Shown here: positions 49,804 through 59,584 of the stretch, one piece after another
How the letters are laid out: every line of letters starts with the position of its first letter
Position numbering within the stretch: the first letter of the stretch is position 1
DNA from: Candidatus Latescibacterota bacterium
GTDB taxonomy: Bacteria; Latescibacterota; UBA2968; UBA8231
NCBI GenBank assembly: GCA_965206595.1
Contig: OZ242214.1
Span: 6,592,001 to 6,656,000 of the forward strand
Reading direction: 5' to 3'
DNA length: 64,000 nucleotides
Program-made: the position numbers and the translations under genes
Notes under the pieces: generated by a model
The model's database searches: none
Told to the model about the DNA's origin: nothing
What the model saw: the letters and a program-made list of their open reading frames with translations, nothing else

Positions 49804-50697
49804 CTATTTCGGAATCCCCAGCTGCTTCCGGTAGGTCTCGTCGCCGTTGCCTTGCAGCTCCCAGTAGGGGACGCGGAGGGTGCGCATCAGCTCTCCCGAG
49901 CCGCCGCCCGAATCCCGCCACGCCAGTATGCGGCGGGGGGCGGCCTGCTCGACCCAGACGACCGTCTGCCCGTGGCCGTACCCCCAGGTCCAGCGCACCG
50001 CGGCCGCACGGACCCCGCCTGCCTCGATCTCCTCGACCGCGCCCTTGGTCAGGGTGGCATGCATCAGCTCTCGCGGCGCCTCGCGGGCCCGGACCTTCCA
50101 AAGCCCCGGCAGCAGCCGGAGCTGGCGCGCCTCCCCGGTCTTCATCCACTCCCCCTTCAACTCGCGGATGCGGATCAGCAGGTTGTCCTCGCTTTCGAAG
50201 TCCGCCGGCGTTTCCAGGCTCCACTGCTGGCGGCCCTCGCGCTCGAAGTAGCTGTTGAGGTCCCCCCGCAGGGAATCGGGTGCGGCGCGCACCTCCTCGA
50301 ACACGTGCCCGCACCACTCCTGCGAGCTCAGGCTGACCTTCCACAGCTCGAAGGGCTCCACACCGGTACGCGGCTCCACGGAACTGAACACCGACGTCAT
50401 CACCGAGTAGTCGTAGATACCGGTGGTGAACTTCAGCACGTTGTTGAGCTTCAGGACGTATACGCGGTCGGCCGCGGGAGCCGGCGACTCCACCTTGATC
50501 CCGGTGCCGGCGTGCAGGTCTTCGGTGACGAAGATCAGCACCCCGTACGCCTCTCTCGGTTCCCCGTAGCGGGGCTGTTCGATGCGGTAGCTCGAGAGCT
50601 CGGCGCGACCGTCCCCCCAGTGGGCGTAGAAATCCTGTCCCGCAACGGGCGACAAGGCCGCCGCCAGGACGGCGGCGGTCGCAAGAACTCGGTTCAT
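49804..50697 (-). CDS. Exported hypothetical protein
   Basis: Signal peptide ending VAG-Q; WGDGRAELSSY, IFVTED, F.TGIYDYS.MTSVF, QEWCGHVF, SYFE.E. Confidence 0.75.
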   Translation of the reverse strand: MNRVLATAAVLAAALSPVAGQDFYAHWGDGRAELSSYRIEQPRYGEPREAYGVLIFVTEDLHAGTGIKVESPAPAADRVYVLKLNNVLKFTTGIYDYSVMTSVFSSVEPRTGVEPFELWKVSLSSQEWCGHVFEEVRAAPDSLRGDLNSYFEREGRQQWSLETPADFESEDNLLIRIRELKGEWMKTGEARQLRLLPGLWKVRAREAPRELMHATLTKGAVEEIEAGGVRAAAVRWTWGYGHGQTVVWVEQAAPRRILAWRDSGGGSGELMRTLRVPYWELQGNGDETYRKQLGIPK

Positions 50698-50946
50698 CCT
50701 GTCCTCTCTCTGGTATCGGCCTCGGCGGCCGGCTTCTCATTTACGGAACCACTCCCGCAAGATAGGCGCGGCGAGGGAACCCGGCACGACAGGCACGGCA
50801 GCGGAAAACCAGACCCTGTGGAAACAGGTTCGCGCCTCCCTTCCCGACGCCCGGCATGGCCGGATCGATCCGGCACGCCCTCCCTCCTTTTCAATTGCGT
50901 TTAATTGCGGAAATTCCATCTTGCGGGAGAGGGCACTAGCTGGTCA

Positions 50947-50975
50947 TTGACTTCAAATTTAGCCAAGACTAAATT
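50947..50975 (+). promoter_or_regulatory. troA promoter with overlapping DtxR/MntR-type operator
   Basis: TTGACT (50947-50952), N17, TAAATT (50970-50975); inverted repeat AATTTAG-CCAAGA-CTAAATT at 50956-50975. Confidence 0.78.
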
Positions 50976-50981
50976 ATCACG

Positions 50982-51955
50982 ATGCTTTCATTCGCAAACC
51001 CACTGGAAAAAATGGCACCGCAACCTTCCAGGATGATGGCGGGAATCGTCGCTGTCGTCATCGCCGCGGTCGGCATGGCCGGATGCGGCGATCCCGAGGT
51101 CGAACCAGACCAGCCTGGCCCTGGCCGCCTCAAGGTGGTGGCGACCACCGGAATGATCGCCGACATGGTCGCCGAGGTCGGCGGCTCCCGGATCGAGGTG
51201 ACCGGCCTGATGGGGCCCGGGGTCGATCCCCACTACTACAAGGCGACCCGGGGGGATCTCGAACATCTGACCGCGGCTCGCGTCATCTTCTACAACGGGC
51301 TCTTCCTCGAGGGCAAGCTCGACGAGATCTTCCGCAAGATGGCCCGCTCCGGAACGGTGGTCGCCGTCTCGAGCGCCGTTCCCGAAGAGCAGCTTCGCAA
51401 ACCCGCGGAGTTCGAGGGCAACTACGACCCCCACATCTGGTTCGACGTCGACATGTGGCGCTCGGCGATCGGAGGCGTCGCCGCCGCCCTGGCGAAAGCG
51501 GACCCCGGGGGGACCTCCCTTTTCGAGGCCAACGGGGCGAGGTACGGCTCCGAGCTGGCCGAGCTCGATGACTGGGTTCGCGAGCGCCTGCAGCAGGTCC
51601 CGGCGAAGCGGCGGCTGCTGGTCACCGCCCACGATGCCTTCGGCTACTTTGGCCGCGCCTACGGCATCGATGTCGTCGGCCTGCAGGGAATCTCGACCGT
51701 TGCCGAGTACGGAGTCGCCGACGTCCGCAACCTCGTCGACCTCATCGTGGCGCGCGGCGTGCCGGCGATCTTCGTCGAAAGCAGCGTCCCGGAGCGCTCG
51801 ATCAACGCGGTGCGCGCAGGCTGTCTCGCCCGCGGCCACGAGGTCGTCATCGGCGGCACCCTCTATTCCGACGCCATGGGGGCGGTCGGCAGCGGGGCGG
51901 ACACCTACGCCGGGATGGTGCGCTCCAATGTCGACACCATCGTCGAGGCCCTGAA

Positions 51956-51959
<4 letters not shown>
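50982..51959 (+). CDS. troA: Mn/Fe/Zn ABC importer substrate-binding lipoprotein (TroA/MntA); start uncertain (50982, 51012 or 51033)
   Basis: MAGC lipobox, GVDPH, DPHIWFD, TAHDAFGYF, FVESS, LYSDAMG. Confidence 0.9.
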
Positions 51960-52765
<806 letters not shown>

Positions 52766-52774
52766 CCCGGGGCG

Positions 52775-54106
52775 ATGACGGGCATCTGGGAAATCCTCTC
52801 GCTGACCGACGCCAACGTTCGCTTCGTCCTCGCCGGCTCTCTTCTCATCGGCGCCACCGGCGGCATGCTGGGGACGTTCGCGGTCCTCCGGCGCCGTAGT
52901 CTGATGGGCGACGCCCTGGCGCACGCGGCTCTTCCCGGGGTCGCGCTCGCCTTCATGATGACCGGCAGCAAGTCGCTGCCGGTGCTGATCGCCGGGGCCA
53001 CCGCCACGGGGGTAGCCGGCATGCTGGTCATCCAGTTCATCGTCCACCACACGCGCCTCAAGGCCGACTCCGCCATCGGCATCGTGCTCTCGGTCTTTTT
53101 CGGGGGCGGCATCGTCCTTCTCACCCACATCCAGCGCAGCGGCGTCGGCAACCAGAGCGGCCTCGACAAGTTCCTGTTCGGCCAGGCCGCGGCCATCGTC
53201 AAGGAGGACATCCTCGTCATGGCGGCGATGAGCCTAGCCATCATCGCCGTCCTCCTGTTGCTTTACAAGGAATTCAAGGCCCTAATCTTCGACCCCGGCT
53301 TCCTGCAGTCCCTCGGGTTCCCGGTGCGGGCCATCGACATGGCGCTGATGGGCCTGATCGTGATGACGGTCATGGTCGGGCTGCAGGCGGTCGGAGTGGT
53401 GCTGATCGCCGCCATGCTGATCACCCCGGCCATGGCTGCCCGTTTCTGGACCGAGCGCCTGCACCGCTTGGTGCTGCTGGCGGCGCTCTTCGGCGGCCTG
53501 TCAGGCATTGTCGGAACCTCCCTGAGCGCCATGGCCCCGCGCCTGCCGACAGGGCCGGTGATGGTCCTGGTGGCGACCGGATTCTTCCTGTTGTCCGTCC
53601 TCTTCGGACCCCGGCGCGGCATTTTGGCGCGTCTGCACCGGCGCAACGCCAACGAGCGCCGCGAGCGGCGTCACCATTTCCTGCGGGCAGTGGTCGAGCT
53701 GCTCGAGGCACATCCCGGAAGACATCGGTTTTCCATCGGCGAGGTCGCAGCGGAGCTGGGCTCGGATGCGGGCCGGGCGGGGGCCGATGCGAAGCGGCTG
53801 GCGCGCGCCGGCCTGGCCGCGGTGGGGACCGACGGCATCGCCTTGACAGGGGCTGGGATGTCCGAGGCGACCTTCGTCGTCAAGTCGCACCGCCTGTGGG
53901 AACATTTCCTCGTCTACCGCGACATCCTCGCCGCCGACCATGTCGACCGGCCTGCCGACGAGGTCGAGCACCTGCTGACGCCCGAAATCATCGCCCGTCT
54001 CGAGGAAATCCTGCAGCGCGACCACGGACTCGATCCGGCCAGGGTTATCAACATCCACGAGACCGGCAGCGGCTATGGAACCGGCGACGAAGGGAGGCCC
54101 TCGTGA
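52775..54106 (+). CDS. troC: Metal ABC importer permease fused to a C-terminal DtxR-type domain
   Basis: GDALAHAALPG, FLFGQ, FDP; tail with HTH-like segment, HRLWEHFL and DHVDRPADEVEH. Confidence 0.88.
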   Translation: MTGIWEILSLTDANVRFVLAGSLLIGATGGMLGTFAVLRRRSLMGDALAHAALPGVALAFMMTGSKSLPVLIAGATATGVAGMLVIQFIVHHTRLKADSAIGIVLSVFFGGGIVLLTHIQRSGVGNQSGLDKFLFGQAAAIVKEDILVMAAMSLAIIAVLLLLYKEFKALIFDPGFLQSLGFPVRAIDMALMGLIVMTVMVGLQAVGVVLIAAMLITPAMAARFWTERLHRLVLLAALFGGLSGIVGTSLSAMAPRLPTGPVMVLVATGFFLLSVLFGPRRGILARLHRRNANERRERRHHFLRAVVELLEAHPGRHRFSIGEVAAELGSDAGRAGADAKRLARAGLAAVGTDGIALTGAGMSEATFVVKSHRLWEHFLVYRDILAADHVDRPADEVEHLLTPEIIARLEEILQRDHGLDPARVINIHETGSGYGTGDEGRPS

Positions 54107-55386
54107 CCGCGGTCCATGGGGAGTGGTCCATTCTGCTGACCGCGGCGCTCGCCGCGGTTTCCTGCGCCCTGCTCGGCACCTTTCTCGTGCTGCGCCGGAT
54201 GTCGCTGCTCGGGGATGCCCTGAGCCACGCGGTGCTTCCCGGGATCGCCATCGCCTTCCTCTTTTTCGGGAGCCGCGCCATCCTGCCGATGTTCGCCGGG
54301 GCCGCGGCTTTCGGGGTGATCACCACCCTGCTCGTCGAAGCCTTCCACCGTCGCTGGCAGGTCCCCGAGGACGCCTCGATCGGCATCGTCTTCACCTCCC
54401 TGTTCGCCCTCGGGGTGGTGCTGATTTCCGCGTATGCCGGACAGGTAGATCTCGACCAGGAGTGCGTTCTCTACGGCGAGATCGCCTACACCCCGTGGGA
54501 CGTTCTGGTCTGGGGAGATACCGATCTCGGTCCCCGCCCCGTCTGGATCCTCGGCTCGGTCCTCCTCCTCAACCTGCTGTTCGTCGGATTTCTCTATAAA
54601 GAGCTGGTGATCGCCTCGTTCGATCCTGCCATGGCGCTGTCGGTTGGCATCAACGCAACCCTGGTCCACTACCTGCTGATGGGGGCGGTGTCGTTGACCA
54701 CAGTGGCGAGCTTCGAGTCCGTCGGCGCCATTCTCGTGGTCGCCCTGCTGATCGTTCCCGGCGCCGCGGCCTGCCTGTGGAGCGACCGCCTGCCGGTCGT
54801 GCTGGCAATTGCGGTGCTGTTCGGGATCGCCGCGGCCGTGGGCGGCTACTACGCGGCGGGCATCTGGAACAGCTCGATCGCCGGTGCGATCGTTGTGCTC
54901 CTCGGCGCGGCTTTCGCCTTGTCGGTGTTCCTCGCGCCGCGACAGGGACTGTTGGCGCGCCTCTGGCAGCGGTGCCGGCTGTCGGTCAGAATCGCCCAGG
55001 ACCACCTGTTGCTCTCGATGGTGCGGGCTGCCGAGGTCGACGAGAATCGGCGCTGGCCGGCCCCGCAGCTGCGTGGTGAGGCATCGGTCCATAGCCTGCT
55101 TGCCCGCCTCGCTCTGCGCCGCCTGCGCCGCCTTGCCCTGCTCCAGCAGACGGCGACCGGGCTGCGCCTAACCGAACTTGGCCGCAGCCAGGGGCTGCGC
55201 CTGCTGCGCGGCCACCGGCTGTGGGAAACCTATCTCAACGAACTGGGGATCAGGCCCGACCACGTGCACGATCCGGCCGACATCCTCGAGCACTACATCG
55301 ACGAGCCCCTTGAACGCGAAATCGACCGGCAGGTGGCCGAGCGGGCCCTCGACCCCCAGGGCAAGGAGATCCCCCCCACCCGCTGA
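54103..55386 (+). CDS. troD: Metal ABC importer permease fused to a C-terminal DtxR-type domain
   Basis: GTGA overlap; GDALSHAVLPG, VDLD..CVLYGE, FESVGAILV; tail HRLWETYL, HVHDPADILEH, DPQGKEIP. Confidence 0.88.
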   Translation: MTAVHGEWSILLTAALAAVSCALLGTFLVLRRMSLLGDALSHAVLPGIAIAFLFFGSRAILPMFAGAAAFGVITTLLVEAFHRRWQVPEDASIGIVFTSLFALGVVLISAYAGQVDLDQECVLYGEIAYTPWDVLVWGDTDLGPRPVWILGSVLLLNLLFVGFLYKELVIASFDPAMALSVGINATLVHYLLMGAVSLTTVASFESVGAILVVALLIVPGAAACLWSDRLPVVLAIAVLFGIAAAVGGYYAAGIWNSSIAGAIVVLLGAAFALSVFLAPRQGLLARLWQRCRLSVRIAQDHLLLSMVRAAEVDENRRWPAPQLRGEASVHSLLARLALRRLRRLALLQQTATGLRLTELGRSQGLRLLRGHRLWETYLNELGIRPDHVHDPADILEHYIDEPLEREIDRQVAERALDPQGKEIPPTR

Positions 55387-55541
55387 AGCGCCGGTCGACC
55401 CGGGTTCCCGCCCTGTTCGGCTTCCGTCAGTCCTCCGTCCCTTTTCCCATGCGTGAAAGGTGGGTCCGGGCCGGCCCCGGTGACGCAGACAGGCGCGCGC
55501 CGGCACGGAAAAACAGGGGATGGGAAACTACAAAATAGCGA

Positions 55542-55584
55542 TTGACGAAGGCCGATCGGGACTGCTATATTAGGCATGTCAATC
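55542..55584 (+). promoter_or_regulatory. feoAB promoter with possible degenerate operator
   Basis: TTGACG-N18-TATATT with extended -10 TG; ATTAGGCATGTCAAT at 55569-55583. Confidence 0.55.
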
Positions 55585-55653
55585 ATTTGTTTGCCATATA
55601 AAACAGATTGTTGTCATAACATACGGCAGGTATCAGGTTGGTAACGACGTGAA

Positions 55654-55959
55654 ATGAACGTCAACGGCACCTCCCGAAACGGGCAAGACGCGGGGATCAC
55701 CAATCTGTCGGAATGCGGTCTTCATGTCGAAGCCGAGGTGGTCGAAGCCCCCTGCAATACCTCGGTCGAGACGCGGCTGCGCGAAATCGGCCTGGTTCCC
55801 GGAGTGCGCGTTCGCGTCATTCGAAGCGGCAGCCGCATCGTCCTTCAGGTAGGAGAAGGACGGGTCGCCATGCGCCGGATAGACGCCTCCACCATTCGCG
55901 TGCGCCCCCTGGACGGGGCCAATTCTCCGAGCCCGCCCGCCCTTCCCGCGGCGACGTAG
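55654..55959 (+). CDS. feoA: Ferrous iron transport protein A
   Basis: RLREIGLVPG.RVRVI, RVAMR; directly upstream of feoB. Confidence 0.85.
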   Translation: MNVNGTSRNGQDAGITNLSECGLHVEAEVVEAPCNTSVETRLREIGLVPGVRVRVIRSGSRIVLQVGEGRVAMRRIDASTIRVRPLDGANSPSPPALPAAT

Positions 55960-55989
55960 CTTTACCCGGCCACCGCGCGGCAATCAGGA

Positions 55990-58182
55990 ATGACCGCTGC
56001 ATCACCCGGGGGCGAGCCGGCGCCCTCAATCGCCCTGATCGGCAACCCCAACACCGGCAAGACCACTCTGTTCAACGCCCTCACCGGGCTTTCGCAGCAC
56101 GTCGGCAACTACCCTGGTGTGACGGTCGAGCACATGAGCGGCACCCTCTCGCTGAGCGGGGGGGGCACCGCGGAGTTGATCGACCTGCCGGGAACCTACA
56201 GCCTCGCCGCTCGCGCCCCGGACCAGCTCATCGCGGTCGACGTCCTTCTCGGCCAGCAGGCCGGCGCTCCCGAGGCCGATCTCGTTCTTGCCATCGTCGA
56301 TGCCAGCAACCTGCGCCGCAATCTCTACCTGATCTCGCAGCTGCTCGAGGTCGGCACTCGGATCGTCATCGCCCTCAACATGACCGACATCGCCCGCCGC
56401 CGCGGCGTCGAGGTCAACGCCAGTGTCCTGTCCGCCCGCCTCGGGGTGCCGGTCGTTCCGATCTCCGCGAGGCGGCGCCAGGGTCTGCGGGCTCTGAAGC
56501 AGGCCCTGGAGGCGGTGCTGAACACCGCGGAGCAACCGCACCCGAACCTGCCGGAGTTTCCCGTGCCCCTGAGCGAGCAGGCACAGGCGCTCGCCGGGCT
56601 CCCCGTGGTTGCGGATGGCCGCGAGCGCTCCCTGTCCCGGGTCGAGGCGTTTCGCGCCCTCGTCGACGCGGGCGGGGTCATCGAACAACGCCTCGGCGCC
56701 TCGCTGGGAGGCGGCATCAACGCTCGCCTGGAACGAATGAGGGGCAAGGTCGGCGCCGCGAGCCCGCTCGCCGCTCTCGAGACCGAAATCCGCTATGCCT
56801 GGATCGAGCGGGTACTCGAGGATTCGGTATTTCAGGGGAGACCGTTGCTCCCGAGCCGTTCCGACAGAATCGACCGCGTCCTCATGCACCGGGTCGCCGG
56901 AGGGGCGGTGTTCGCCCTCCTCAGTGCGCTCGTGTTCCAAGCGATCTTCGCCTGGGCGGTGCCGGTCATGGACGCCATCGACGCGCTGTTCTCGGGCCTG
57001 GGCGCCGCAGTCTCCGCGGTGATGGCCCCCGGCCCGTTTCACAGCCTGATCGTCGACGGGATCGTAGCCGGGGTCGGCGGCGTGGTGATCTTTCTGCCGC
57101 AGATCGCCATCCTCTTCCTGTTCATCTCCGTGCTCGAGGATTGCGGCTACATGGCGCGCGCCGCCCTGCTGATGGACCGGCTGTTGAGCCGTTGCGGGCT
57201 GTCGGGCAAGTCGTTCCTGCCGCTGCTTTCCAGCTTTGCCTGCGCCGTTCCCGGGGTGATGGCGACGCGCACCGTGGAGGACCGGCGCGACCGCCTGACG
57301 ACGATGATGGTTGCGCCGCTAATGAGCTGCTCGGCGCGGCTGCCCGTGTACGTCCTCATCATCGGCGCCTTCATCCCCGATCGCGCCCTTCTCGGCACCT
57401 GGGTCGGCCTGCAGGGACTGACCCTGTTCGCCATGTACTGCGTTGGGGCCGCGGTCGCCGTCCCGGTCGCCTGGGTGCTCAAGGGGACCCTGCTGAAGGG
57501 GGATCCGCCCCCCTTTCTGCTCGAGATGCCGTCGTACAAATTGCCGGCGCCGCGCACCGTCGCCCTGCGGGTGTACCACAGCAGCAAGGCTTTCGTCCTG
57601 CGCGCCGGCAGCATCATCCTCGCGACCACCATCGTCATGTGGGCCCTGGCCTATTTCCCGAGGCCCGGCGAGGTCGTGCAGCAATACGAAAGGGAGCGCC
57701 TGGGAACCACCGCAGCCGAGGAGATCCAGGATATCGAACGCCGCCAAGCCGCCCACCTGCTGGAAGTCAGCTATCTAGGCCAGGCGGGCAAGTTCGTCGA
57801 GCCGGTCGTCGCCCCCCTGGGGTGGGACTGGCGCATAGGCATGGCGACCCTGGCCTCCTTCCCGGCGCGGGAGGTGATCGTGTCGGTGCTGGGAACGATC
57901 TACAGCCTCGGAGGAGATCAGGACGAGACCTCCGAAGACCTGAGCCATGCCCTGCAGGCGGCCAGGCGCGCCGACGGGCGCGCCGCGATCGGGATCCCCG
58001 CCGCCCTGTCGATCATGGTCTTCTTCGCGCTCTGCGCCCAATGCATGTCGACGCTGGCGGTGATAAAGCGGGAGTCCGGATCCTGGAAGTGGCCCCTGCT
58101 GACCTTCGTCTACATGACCCTGCTCGCCTACCTCGGGGCTCTCGCGACCTACCGCGGCGCCCTGTGGCTGGGGTTGGGGTAA
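55990..58182 (+). CDS. feoB: Ferrous iron transport protein B
   Basis: GNPNTGKT, VGNYPGVTVE, DLPGTYSL, NMTD, LEDCGYMAR, MSCSARLP, AREV. Confidence 0.95.
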   Translation: MTAASPGGEPAPSIALIGNPNTGKTTLFNALTGLSQHVGNYPGVTVEHMSGTLSLSGGGTAELIDLPGTYSLAARAPDQLIAVDVLLGQQAGAPEADLVLAIVDASNLRRNLYLISQLLEVGTRIVIALNMTDIARRRGVEVNASVLSARLGVPVVPISARRRQGLRALKQALEAVLNTAEQPHPNLPEFPVPLSEQAQALAGLPVVADGRERSLSRVEAFRALVDAGGVIEQRLGASLGGGINARLERMRGKVGAASPLAALETEIRYAWIERVLEDSVFQGRPLLPSRSDRIDRVLMHRVAGGAVFALLSALVFQAIFAWAVPVMDAIDALFSGLGAAVSAVMAPGPFHSLIVDGIVAGVGGVVIFLPQIAILFLFISVLEDCGYMARAALLMDRLLSRCGLSGKSFLPLLSSFACAVPGVMATRTVEDRRDRLTTMMVAPLMSCSARLPVYVLIIGAFIPDRALLGTWVGLQGLTLFAMYCVGAAVAVPVAWVLKGTLLKGDPPPFLLEMPSYKLPAPRTVALRVYHSSKAFVLRAGSIILATTIVMWALAYFPRPGEVVQQYERERLGTTAAEEIQDIERRQAAHLLEVSYLGQAGKFVEPVVAPLGWDWRIGMATLASFPAREVIVSVLGTIYSLGGDQDETSEDLSHALQAARRADGRAAIGIPAALSIMVFFALCAQCMSTLAVIKRESGSWKWPLLTFVYMTLLAYLGALATYRGALWLGLG

Positions 58183-58202
58183 CGCGACCCGGGGAAGAAA
58201 CG

Positions 58203-58382
58203 GTGGCCGCCTTACTGACCGAGAACTGGCAGACCGGAGCGGCGCTGCTCGCCGCCGGGTTCTGCGCCGGCTGGGTGGCGGTGCGCGTCCTGGCGCCGTT
58301 CCTTCGCCGCCGCGGCGGCGAAAAGGACGAAGGACCCGGCTCCTCCCCGCTGATCGAGATCGATCCGCCCGGCCGCAACTAG
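58203..58382 (+). CDS. FeoB-associated small membrane protein (59 aa)
   Basis: GGGGAAG RBS and GTG 20 nt after feoB; NWQ, TM helix, RRR, LIEI tail. Confidence 0.55.
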   Translation: MAALLTENWQTGAALLAAGFCAGWVAVRVLAPFLRRRGGEKDEGPGSSPLIEIDPPGRN

Positions 58383-58427
58383 CAGGCTGTTGAAACCACG
58401 ATTTCCGGATTTTCAACGGCCTGCTAG
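58379..58427. mobile_element. Miniature IS-end-like palindrome (MITE-like remnant)
   Basis: CTAG-CAGGCTGTTGAAA-15 nt-TTTCAACGGCCTG-CTAG; 17-bp arms with one mismatch. Confidence 0.55.
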
Positions 58428-58742
58428 GCCTGAAAGGCCGCCCGCCTCCTGGCGTCCCGGCGCGACCGACCGCCCCCGACAATGGTCCGGCAAGAAGGGC
58501 GGCAGGTTGCCATCGGCGTGGCTTCGGATTCCGCAAATGCGTGTAACTGCGTGGCCTGGTAATTCTGCCGGCTCCACACGCTCGCTTCGGCCCATCCTTC
58601 CTCGAGCTCGCCGCCGAGACCGCGGCACTCTTCCGGGAGCCTTGGCCGTGAGTTGTTTCCAGAGAACCAGCGATCGGGCGGGACCGGAATCACCCCGCGG
58701 TCCCGTCCTGCAGGCCCGGATGCCCTCGCGCTCTCTGGCGGC

Positions 58743-59579
58743 TCAAGCCAGCATCACCCGGTGCATCAGGCGCCGGAAGCCCTGGTAGTCATTCAGGGGT
58801 AGGTGCTGGGCACAGCGATTGTCCCAGAGGGTAAGGGTCCCCCTTTCCCACCGGATGCGGCAGGTGAACTCCGGGCGCACCTGATGGTCGAACAGGTAGT
58901 CGAGCAAAGGCCGGCTCTCCCCCTCCGTCCACCCTTCAAACCGGATCGTATGGCCGCGGTTGACGTAGAGGGCCTTGCGCCCGGTCTCGGGATGGGTGCG
59001 CACTACCGGATGCAACGCGCTCAGCACTTTGAGCGCTTTCCCCTTGTCCCGCAGACGATCATCCCTCGTTCTCGCGATTTCCGGTTTCGAGGAGGTGTTG
59101 ACGGCAGTCAGGCCGGCAAGCGTCCCCCTGAGTCCCTCCGAAAGGGTTTCATAGGCGATGTACTGGTTGGCGAAGATCGTGTCGCCGCCATGGGGTGGGA
59201 CCTCGACGGCGTACAGCTGGCTCGCCTTCGGTGGAGATTCGAGGTAGGCAGTGTCCGAGTGCCAGACGCCGCCGAAATTGACCCGCTCCTGCTCCCGTTT
59301 GATCACCTCGGTGATCAGGGGAAACCCCCGCAACCCTTCGAGTTGCGGATAGGGCATCGGTTCGCCCATCTGCCGGGCGAAGGCGAGCTCTTCCCGAGGG
59401 GTGAGTTCCTGATCCCGGAAGCAGATGACCAAGTGGTCGAGGAAGGCGCGGCGGATCTCCGCCAAAAGGTCGGGTTCGAGAGGCCGGGATAGATCGGCGC
59501 CCTTGATCTCGGCGCCGAGAGCGCCGGAGACCGGGTGGACCTCGATGCGGCGATAGGGACGCGTGCACTGCGTTTGCAT
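58743..59579 (-). CDS. TauD/TfdA family Fe(II)/2OG dioxygenase
   Basis: GALGAEI.G.DL, WHSD, GGDT.FAN, HPVVRTHPETGRKALYVN, WDNRCAQH. Confidence 0.92.
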   Translation of the reverse strand: MQTQCTRPYRRIEVHPVSGALGAEIKGADLSRPLEPDLLAEIRRAFLDHLVICFRDQELTPREELAFARQMGEPMPYPQLEGLRGFPLITEVIKREQERVNFGGVWHSDTAYLESPPKASQLYAVEVPPHGGDTIFANQYIAYETLSEGLRGTLAGLTAVNTSSKPEIARTRDDRLRDKGKALKVLSALHPVVRTHPETGRKALYVNRGHTIRFEGWTEGESRPLLDYLFDHQVRPEFTCRIRWERGTLTLWDNRCAQHLPLNDYQGFRRLMHRVMLA

Positions 59580-59584
59580 GGGGA

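Noticed and set aside
55713-58382. 889-aa ORF overlapping feoAB, and similar long Arg/Pro/Gly-rich or antisense ORFs throughout
   Set aside because: Shadow frames expected in high-GC DNA; only the last 59 codons of this one look like a real gene
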